Assembly (NCBI GenBank): GCA_965209055.1
Contig: OZ242374.1
Coordinates: 2,688,001 to 2,752,000, forward strand
Origin: Acidobacteriota bacterium
GTDB lineage: Bacteria > Acidobacteriota > UBA6911 > RPQK01 > JAJDTT01
Length of the DNA stretch: 64,000 nucleotides
Direction of reading: 5' to 3'
Position numbers and translations under genes: made by a program. Positions 49,943 to 56,596 of the stretch are shown here, piece after piece; position 1 is the stretch's first letter, and each line of letters opens with the position of its first letter. Under the pieces are notes generated by a model. That model did not search any database. It was given only the letters and a program-made list of their open reading frames with translations, and had not been told where the DNA came from.

Positions 49943-49983
49943 CACCCCTATTCTATCACCGGTTGGGCGTAGAGTAAGAAAGG

Positions 49984-50069
49984 TGCCCGAGGCGGGATTC
50001 GAACCCGCAAACTCTTGGGGAGTCGCCGGTTTTCTAAACCGGAGCGTATACCAGTTCCGCCACTCGGGC
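49984..50069 (-). tRNA. tRNA with Leu body and Ser anticodon AGA (copy 2)
   Basis: GCCCGAG TG GCG GAACTGGTATA CGC T CCGGT TTAGAAA ACCGG [17-nt variable arm] GCGGG TTCGAAT CCCGC CTCGGGC A; anticodon at 50033-35. Confidence 0.93.
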
Positions 50070-50089
50070 ACTCGACAAGGAGTTTATGA

Positions 50090-50173
50090 TGCCCGAGGCG
50101 GGGATCGAACCCGCACGGCCATTCGGCCGGCAGATTTCTAGTCTGCTGTGTCTGCCGGTTTCACCACTCGGGC
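50090..50173 (-). tRNA. tRNA with Leu body and Ser anticodon AGA (copy 1)
   Basis: GCCCGAG TG GTG AAACCGGCAGA CAC A GCAGA CTAGAAA TCTGC CGGCCGAATGGCCGT GCGGG TTCGATC CCCGC CTCGGGC A; anticodon at 50137-39. Confidence 0.93.
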
Positions 50174-50186
50174 ATCTACTCCTGGG

Positions 50187-50195
50187 AGTCTAGCA
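50187..50195 (-). promoter_or_regulatory. Candidate extended -10 promoter for the tRNA array
   Basis: TG-C-TAGACT, 13 nt upstream of the first tRNA. Confidence 0.5.
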
Positions 50196-50196
50196 C

Positions 50197-50418
50197 ATGC
50201 CGAAACCCGTTGCTCTTCCACCACTTCCGCCTGGAACGACGATGGAGGATATCGCCCGATCGTTGTTTCGGAAATCTACGGGATCAGGACCTCGCGCCAG
50301 CGTCGAGCCCGTTATCGGCCGTCAAGTCTCGATACATGAGGCGACGTCCGACAACGGCCATAACGAGGAGTCTCATCTGATCGAGGGTGTCGAGATTACG
50401 GACGTTGTGCCGACTTGA
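50197..50418 (+). CDS. Small ORF antisense to and overlapping the transposase 3' end
   Basis: GGGAG RBS; Pro-rich N-terminus, then amphipathic TMEDIARSLF helix. Confidence 0.4.
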   Translation: MPKPVALPPLPPGTTMEDIARSLFRKSTGSGPRASVEPVIGRQVSIHEATSDNGHNEESHLIEGVEITDVVPT

Positions 50419-51279
50419 GAACTCCCTCACGTACCGTTCCAAGTGCTTCGGACTCATCTTGTGGAAGGTCCCCGTGTAGGACCGTTTCAGCATGGACCAG
50501 AAGGACTCGATCCCGTTGGTGTGAGCCTGCCCCCGGACATACTCCCCGACCGAATGTCTGACTGCCTCATGGTCGGGCAGCTTGAGGTAGATTCGAGAGT
50601 CGTCTGTGTAAGACTTCGCCCCGGGCTTCACGTGCTCCATAATGAACCGGGACAAGGTTTCACTCGTCACGTTCGAGACTCTCGTTGCCCGGACCTGATT
50701 TGAGGCACGATCCTTGATGCCAACGACCGCCGTCTTGCCGGTCGCTCCCCGTCCGTGCAGTTTGTCACGTTGCTTCTTGTGCATGTTGCGGCGCTTCCCT
50801 CCCAGGTAGACCTCGTCGATTTCGACTGGTCCTGAGAAGGGATCGGGATCACCAGAAAACGCCTCACGGAGCCGATGGGCGAGATGCCACGCCGATTTTT
50901 GAGTGATTCCCAGGTCTCGGTGCAGCTTCATTGACGAGACGCCCTTGAGGCTCGTCATCCACAGATACATGGCGTATGCCCATTTACGGAGGGGTAGTCG
51001 GGAACTCTCCAGAACGGACCCGACTCGGACGGAGAAGTACTTTTTGCAGCCACGACAGCGGTAGGGTTGAGGCTTGCCCGACTTGACCACGTAGGTGTCG
51101 CAGTCTCCGCATCGGGGGCAGGGACGATCCTCGGATTCCTGGCCGGGCACAGCATCGGGCCAGCGGACCGTCTCGAACCACTCGACGGCGGCTTGCTCGT
51201 CGGGGAACAGTTCGGAGAGTTGTAGCAGTGTGATTCCCTTACGATGCGATTTTCCAGGGGCTTTCTTCTTTGTACTCAT
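50284..51279 (-). CDS. IS1595 family DDE transposase
   Basis: Zn ribbon CPRC...CRGC, HTH KGVSSMKLHRDLGITQKSAW, VEIDE, YTDD, HTNGIESFWS. Confidence 0.97.
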   Translation of the reverse strand: MSTKKKAPGKSHRKGITLLQLSELFPDEQAAVEWFETVRWPDAVPGQESEDRPCPRCGDCDTYVVKSGKPQPYRCRGCKKYFSVRVGSVLESSRLPLRKWAYAMYLWMTSLKGVSSMKLHRDLGITQKSAWHLAHRLREAFSGDPDPFSGPVEIDEVYLGGKRRNMHKKQRDKLHGRGATGKTAVVGIKDRASNQVRATRVSNVTSETLSRFIMEHVKPGAKSYTDDSRIYLKLPDHEAVRHSVGEYVRGQAHTNGIESFWSMLKRSYTGTFHKMSPKHLERYVREFSSRHNVRNLDTLDQMRLLVMAVVGRRLMYRDLTADNGLDAGARS

Positions 51280-51301
51280 GACAGGAATTTGCTAAGGTGA
51301 G

Positions 51302-51394
51302 GAGAAGACGTGGGCCGCAACCGTCGCCCGTCTGGTTTCTTTCCAGCTGAGCTACAGACGGGAGTTAACGTAGATCGAGGCACCACGTCCTCTC
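51302..51394. ncRNA. Structured RNA hairpin family 1, copy B, in the transposase 5' leader
   Basis: 12-bp closing stem, internal CCCGTCTG/CAGACGGG stem, core conserved with copy A. Confidence 0.55.
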
Positions 51395-51670
51395 GATTCA
51401 TTGTACTCCAAAATGCGCTTGTGGTATAAGGAGAAACGGGAGGGCGTTCAATCCACCCTGCCCAGCCGCCCCGAGAGGGACGGCCCGGCGTGAGGGACAG
51501 GGTGAAACTTGGCGGCTCGCCGTTCAAGCCCTGGTCCTTGCTACGTGAACGTGCTCTACCACGGGGCCAGGGATCAAACTTGGCGCCCAGCCCTGTTCTG
51601 ACCAGACTGTCGAGGACTCTCGACTCGGGCCGGGACTGAAATGCGAACTCCCTGTATTTTCCCGGAAGTC

Positions 51671-51730
51671 TTGCTGGAACGTCAACCCCTCACGATGCGA
51701 CTTTCCAGGGGCTATCTTCTTTTTCTTCAT
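51671..51730 (-). pseudogene. Truncated second transposase N-terminus
   Basis: MKKKKIAPGKSHREGLTFQQ versus MSTKKKAPGKSHRKGITLLQ of the intact transposase. Confidence 0.75.
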
Positions 51731-51733
51731 GAC

Positions 51734-51777
51734 TTTCCTCACACCGGGAGTATACTAGGTTGTGAGGAAATTGTCAA
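51734..51777 (-). promoter_or_regulatory. Inward near-consensus sigma70 promoter in the right TIR with an RBS-occluding inverted repeat
   Basis: TTGACA(51772-77)-17-TATACT(51749-54); TTTCCTCACA/TGTGAGGAAA arms enclose the -10 and include the GAGGA RBS. Confidence 0.8.
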
Positions 51778-52630
51778 ATTCAGTATATAATCCCCAATCG
51801 GAAAGCTGGTTCCTGACGGTCAACGAGCACCAGGCCCTGGCCGGCGCGCTGCCTCATGCCACGCTGGTCGACTGCTCCAGCGTCATCGAGGAGGCGCGGA
51901 TGATCAAGTCGGCCGAGGAGGTGGATGTGATTCGCCAGGCGGTGGCCATCGCCGACCGGGCGTGTCTGGCTGGGATCCGGGCGACTCGACCGGGGACCAC
52001 CGAGGACCGGATCGCGGCGGCCGTCTACAAGGAATGGTGCGAGGCGGGAGCCGAGTACACCGGACTGCCCAACTTCATTGTTTCGGGGCCCCGGTCAGGC
52101 GCGTGCCATGCCACCTGGCGGGGCCGCCGGCTGGAGGACGACGACCACTGCTGCTTTGAAATCGCGGCCTCCAAGCATCGTTATTGCGGGGCCGTTTTCC
52201 GCATGGCCACGGTGGGCCGGGTGAATCCCCGGCTGCGCCGGCTTTCTGACGCGCAGAACCGGGCCATCCAGGAAGTGATCGACGCCATCCGGCCGGGGGC
52301 CGTTTCGGAAGAGGTGGACCAGGTCGGCCGGGACGTCATCGCCAAGGCGGGGTTCGGCAAGTGGCACGTGAGCCGGCTGGGCTATTCCATCGGCATCAAC
52401 TATCCCCCCGACTGGGGTGAGGGCCAGATCATCAGCATCCGGCAGGGGGAGAAGCGGCGCCTCCACGAGAACATGACCTTCCACCTGGTGGCCGGCGTCC
52501 TCATTCCCGGCGAGTTCGGCAGCGGGTCCAGCGCCTCGGTGCGCGTCACCGCCACCGGCTGCGAGGTGTTGACCTCGCTTCCACTCCAGCTTTACGAGAA
52601 CTGACCGGGGACGGAAATCTACGGCCGCCG

Positions 52631-53914
52631 TCACCGGCTTCGAATGGTCTTGTCCGCGGGTTGGTACCGGTTGCCCAGGTTCCGCCACTCCAACTGTAAG
52701 AACTTGAAGGGTTCGTCTCCCAGCACCTTGTAGCCGTGCTTGGCGTAGCGGGGGCAGAAGATCACGTCCCCGGGGCCCACCTCCCGCTCGAATTCGCCGA
52801 CCTCCCAGATTGCCCGGCCCGAGACCACGATCTCCGCCTGCTCCATGTCGGGATGGTAGTGCACCGGCGTGTAGCCGCCCGGCTCGTACTGGACCAGGGC
52901 GATGATGGCGGCCTCCGAGTTCTTACCCGGAAGCACCAGCCCCACCTGGGAGATCCCGTAGTGGCCTCCCGCCCGCTCCGGGCTCAGCTTGATCAGGGGA
53001 GTCTGTTTCTCCGAGAGGACGTAGCCCACGGTCCGGGCCAGGACCAGATCGGTTGCGCCCTTCCCGTCCAGGTCGATGCCCCCATTGGGCCTCGCCCTCC
53101 AGTTGAAGTCGACCGTTTCGAATCCGAAGCGGAGCACACCGTCCAATCCGGGTCCCGCGTTGGCTACCAGGAGTTCTCCGTCCCGGGTGAACTCCAGTCC
53201 GCGGGGAACGCGGAGGCCGGGGTGGGCCAATGTCCCGTTGGCAATCAGCGCGCCGTCCTGAAGCCGAAGCCGGTGAATCGTGGGTTGGGACTCGTCGGAG
53301 ACGAAGACCTCTCCCCAGGGACTTACCGCGGCCGCCGTCAGCCGGCTGCCCGGCATGGCCAGTGCTTCCTTGGCCTCCAGGGCGCCCGCGTCGTCGCCGG
53401 AAAGCAGGTCGATCCGGTCCGCAGCCACTCCGAAAGCGGCGTAGTCCAGAACGAAGAGGTCCCGATAGCGGTCTCCGGTGGTCCCTTGCAGCCGGGCGAG
53501 ACGCTGACGGTCGCGGTAGTGACCCCCGCCGCTCTCGGAGTAGAGACGGCTGCCACTGCGGAAATTCTGCGCCGTATCGGTCTTCTCCAGCCGCCGGCCG
53601 GCGAGGTCGGAGGCCTGTCCCGGGTTGCCGTCGTACTTCGTCAGGCCGTGTGAACGGCGATACAGCAACCGGGCCGTGGGGCGCTTCTGTCCGTCGTAGG
53701 TGACCAGGATGTTGCCGTCCCGCATTTCCAGCGACTGCGCCGGAAAGACGCCGGGCAGGTCGCGTTCCCGGTAGGCTCGAACCTGCCGGGCGTTTCCTTC
53801 GTCGTCGATGTCGACCTCCAGGATGGCTTCCTCACCCTGGAGGACGAAGAGGCGGTTCTCGGCCCGGCCGGTCAGGGGAAAGAGCAGCAATAGGCAGACG
53901 AAGACACTTCGCAT
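52631..53914 (-). CDS. Secreted protein: beta-propeller-like N-terminus plus C-terminal cupin
   Basis: Signal peptide; PVHYHPDMEQ...G.A...PGDVIFCP...HG cupin motifs. Confidence 0.78.
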   Translation of the reverse strand: MRSVFVCLLLLFPLTGRAENRLFVLQGEEAILEVDIDDEGNARQVRAYRERDLPGVFPAQSLEMRDGNILVTYDGQKRPTARLLYRRSHGLTKYDGNPGQASDLAGRRLEKTDTAQNFRSGSRLYSESGGGHYRDRQRLARLQGTTGDRYRDLFVLDYAAFGVAADRIDLLSGDDAGALEAKEALAMPGSRLTAAAVSPWGEVFVSDESQPTIHRLRLQDGALIANGTLAHPGLRVPRGLEFTRDGELLVANAGPGLDGVLRFGFETVDFNWRARPNGGIDLDGKGATDLVLARTVGYVLSEKQTPLIKLSPERAGGHYGISQVGLVLPGKNSEAAIIALVQYEPGGYTPVHYHPDMEQAEIVVSGRAIWEVGEFEREVGPGDVIFCPRYAKHGYKVLGDEPFKFLQLEWRNLGNRYQPADKTIRSR

Positions 53915-53947
53915 GAGTTCCTCCTGAATTGGGGGGCCGCAGGCCGG

Positions 53948-55306
53948 TTAGCCCAGGACCTCGCCCACGGACTCGGTCATGATCTCGACGACACGATCGA
54001 TTTGCGACCGGCTGATGATGACGGGCGGAGCCAGGCAGAAGACGTCCTGCCGCAGGCGGCTGAAGAGCCCCCGCTCCTGGGCCGCCTGGTGGACCCGGAT
54101 CCCCACCTTCTCGGCGGCGGGGAACTCCGCCTTGGTCGCCTTGTCCTGGACCAGCTCGATTCCGGCCATGAGGCCCAGACCGCGGACCTCGCCCACGTGG
54201 GGATGGCCTCCCAGCGCCGACTGCAGACCGTCCAGCAGGTAGCGCCCCTTCTCGGCAGCCTGGGAGGGGAAGTCCTCTCCCTCGATGATGTCCAGGTTGG
54301 CCAGCGCGACGGCGCAGCCGACGGGGTGGGCGCTGTAGGTGTAGGCGTGCATCCAGGTCGACTTTCCTTCGTCCATGACCTCGGCGATCCGCTCGCTGAC
54401 GCCGATTCCGCCCAGCGGAAAGTATCCGGAGGTCAACGCCTTGGCATACTGGATCATGTCCGGCTCGATGTCCCAGTGCTCCAGGCCGAACATGCGCCCG
54501 GTCCGCCCGAAACCGGTGATGACCTCGTCGGAGACCAGGAGCACGTCGTACCGGTCGCAGATTTCCCGGATGCGCTGAAAATAGCCATCGGGCGGAACGA
54601 TGACGCCGCCGGCGCCCTGGACCGGTTCGGCCAGGAACATGGCCACCGTGTCGGGACCCTCCCGCAGGATGGCCTTCTCCAACTCGTCGGCCGCGGCCAC
54701 GGCGGGGTCGGTGCCCTCCGGGGCCTCGTAGCGGTAGGGGTAGGGGGACGGAACGTGAATGAAACCGGGCACCCGGGGCTCGAACATGGGCCAGTAGGCG
54801 GTGATCCCGGTGGCGCTCATGGCGGCCAGCGTGACCCCGTGGTACCCCCACTGCCTGGAGATCACCTTGGTCTTGTGCGGATAGCCCAGGAGCTTCCAGT
54901 AGTACCGGGCCGTCTTGACGCAGCTTTCGGTGGACTCGCCGCCGCCTGAGGTGAAGAAGAACCTGGAGATGCTCGGGTAGGTGATATCCGAAATCCGCTG
55001 GGCCAGCCGGATGGCGGGCGGGTTGGAGCTTCCGGCGTAACCGGAACAGTATCCCAGTTGCTCCATCTGTCCGGAGGCGGCCCGGGCCAGCTCCCGCCGT
55101 CCGTGGCCGGCCACCACGTTCCAGAGGCCTGCCAGACCGTCGATGTATTCGCGTCCGTCGGCGTCCGTAAGGACGGCGCCTTCCCCTTTGACCCAGACGT
55201 GCCCCCGCTCCTGCAGATTGCGGTCGTGCAGGGGATGGATCAGATGGGCCCGGTCCTGGGTCAGCAGTTCGGTCTTGTTGCTGGTCATGGTTTGGGTGCT
55301 CGTCAT
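53948..55306 (-). CDS. Class III PLP aminotransferase
   Basis: YIDGLAGLW, GYHG, AEPVQGAGG, DEVITGFGRTG, YAKALTSGY. Confidence 0.95.
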   Translation of the reverse strand: MTSTQTMTSNKTELLTQDRAHLIHPLHDRNLQERGHVWVKGEGAVLTDADGREYIDGLAGLWNVVAGHGRRELARAASGQMEQLGYCSGYAGSSNPPAIRLAQRISDITYPSISRFFFTSGGGESTESCVKTARYYWKLLGYPHKTKVISRQWGYHGVTLAAMSATGITAYWPMFEPRVPGFIHVPSPYPYRYEAPEGTDPAVAAADELEKAILREGPDTVAMFLAEPVQGAGGVIVPPDGYFQRIREICDRYDVLLVSDEVITGFGRTGRMFGLEHWDIEPDMIQYAKALTSGYFPLGGIGVSERIAEVMDEGKSTWMHAYTYSAHPVGCAVALANLDIIEGEDFPSQAAEKGRYLLDGLQSALGGHPHVGEVRGLGLMAGIELVQDKATKAEFPAAEKVGIRVHQAAQERGLFSRLRQDVFCLAPPVIISRSQIDRVVEIMTESVGEVLG

Positions 55307-55332
55307 GAAAGGTCCTCCAGAATCGGTTCGCC

Positions 55333-56469
55333 TCAACCGGCGGCTCCGCACCATTGGCGGATCGTCTGTGTGAAGAGTTGGGTGCCCTTCTCGATCTGGT
55401 CCAGAAGGATCCACTCGTCGTGGGTATGGGCTTGGGCGATGTCCCCGGGTCCCAGCACCACCAACCGCTCCAACTCCGTCAGCATGGCGCCGTCAGTGCC
55501 GAAGGCGACGGTCCGGGGGACCCGCCGTCCCGTCAGGTCCAGCGCTTCCTGGACGAAGTCCGAGTCGGGATCCATGTAAATGGGCTTGCCCGTCCAGAGC
55601 GGGTTGAACTCGATTCCGCACTCCTCGGCCTTCTCCTGCGCCCGCCGCATCAGGCCGTCGGCGTCCATGCCGGCCATGGGACGGTAGTAGACGGTGCAGA
55701 TGCTCTGGGCCGCCTTCATGTTCACCACCCGGGTGTGGTCGTTGATCCCGATGTTCCAGCTGATTCCCGGCGGATCAAATTCATCGTTCTGCCACTCGGG
55801 GTCGGCCTCCGTCTCGTCGTGGATGCGCTTCATCTCCGAGAGGAAGGGAATCATGGCCAGGTTGGCGTTGAGGCCCTCGCGGCTGCTGGAGTGGGCCGCC
55901 TTTCCGTGCGAGGTGGCGATGAACCCGTAGGTTCCCTTGTGGGCATAGACCACTTCCAGCATGGTGGGCTCGCCAATGACTCCCCGGGTTCCTCCCTCGA
56001 CCATCTCGCGGAAGAACCGGGATTCGCGGGCCACCGCGGCCGCGCCCCCGTAGCCGATCTCTTCGTCCGAGGTCAGGGTGATGTAGAGGGGCTCCCGGAA
56101 GCGGGCGTCCGAGAACCGGCCCGCGGCCGCAAGCATGCAGGAGATGGACCCCTTCATGTCGCAGGAGCCGCGCCCGAAGAGGCGGTCCCCCTTGATGGTG
56201 GGCTCGAAGGGTCCGTGCTCGTCGGTGAACCAGGTGTCGGCAGGGACCGTGTCGGTGTGGCCGAAGTAGGCCATGCCGCCCTGGCCCTCTCCCCGCTTGC
56301 CCACGATGCTGGCTTTGCGGACTCCGTTGGCGTCGTCGTACTCGATCCGCTCCGTCTCGAAATCCAGGCGTTTCAACGCCTCTTCCACGTAGTCGGCCGC
56401 CGGCAGGTTGGAACGGCTGCTGGTGGTGTTCATGGGAACCAGGTCGTGCAGATAGTCGAGGGCTTCCAT
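55333..56469 (-). CDS. M20 metallopeptidase, acetylornithine deacetylase (ArgE)-like
   Basis: GHTDTV, GRGSCDMKG, DEEIG, GEPT, GPGDIAQAH. Confidence 0.9.
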   Translation of the reverse strand: MEALDYLHDLVPMNTTSSRSNLPAADYVEEALKRLDFETERIEYDDANGVRKASIVGKRGEGQGGMAYFGHTDTVPADTWFTDEHGPFEPTIKGDRLFGRGSCDMKGSISCMLAAAGRFSDARFREPLYITLTSDEEIGYGGAAAVARESRFFREMVEGGTRGVIGEPTMLEVVYAHKGTYGFIATSHGKAAHSSSREGLNANLAMIPFLSEMKRIHDETEADPEWQNDEFDPPGISWNIGINDHTRVVNMKAAQSICTVYYRPMAGMDADGLMRRAQEKAEECGIEFNPLWTGKPIYMDPDSDFVQEALDLTGRRVPRTVAFGTDGAMLTELERLVVLGPGDIAQAHTHDEWILLDQIEKGTQLFTQTIRQWCGAAG

Positions 56470-56596
56470 GGGCTCGCTTCTCCTGATTATTTCGACCCGT
56501 TTATATCACCCGCGCCGGAGCCGGGGGAATCGGCCACCGTGTGTTATTTTCCCTCGTCCGGTGATTTAATCGGCGCAACCCGATAGAGGAGGGATC

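Larger units (their letters stand above)
44331..51795 (-). mobile_element. IS1595-family cargo-carrying transposon (7465 bp)
   Basis: TIRs GGGGATTATATACTGAATTTGA(T/C)A (44331-44354 / 51772-51795); 8-bp TSD AATCGGAA (44323-30 / 51796-803); internal IS1595 transposase; visibly lower GC than the flanks. Confidence 0.97.
43941..52604 (+). pseudogene. M24 Xaa-Pro peptidase-fold hydrolase (ectoine hydrolase DoeA/EutD-like) split by the IS1595 element; fragments 43941-44330 and 51804-52604
   Basis: Excision rejoins ...RLGIESE|SWFLTVNE... in frame. N-terminal PENITYLTGY; C-terminal RMIKS and SRLGYSIGINYPPDWGE. Start is 43941 or 43971. Confidence 0.9.

Noticed and set aside
49800-49983. HDV-like theta ribozymes in tRNA trailers
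   Set aside because: Spacers are only 20 and 41 nt, and no nested double pseudoknot was evident by eye.
49719-50071. ORF 49811-50071 and the N-terminal extension of ORF 48705-49928
   Set aside because: These are shadows of the tRNA genes; the signal peptide, RBS and promoter place the real start at 49718.
50090-50173. Amber suppressor (CUA) or ordinary tRNA-Leu(UAG) reading of the loop CUAGAAA
   Set aside because: The perfect 5-bp stem fixes a 7-nt loop: CUA is at 32-34 and UAG at 33-35, so positions 34-36 are AGA. The same holds for UUAGAAA in the neighbouring tRNA.
49984-50173. Ordinary tRNA-Ser(AGA) genes
   Set aside because: Discriminator A73, the GCC-start acceptor and the D-loop layout are Leu-type, not Ser-type.
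49869-50173. tRNAs as the integration site of a phage or ICE
   Set aside because: No integrase and no duplicated tRNA 3' end; the boundaries are IS1595 TIRs with a duplication inside a protein gene.
43941-56469. Ectoine catabolic operon (DoeA-like, ArgE-like deacetylase, class III aminotransferase)
   Set aside because: The genes are convergent and separated by an unrelated gene, there is no EutE/AstE, transporter or regulator, and substrate cannot be assigned from motifs.
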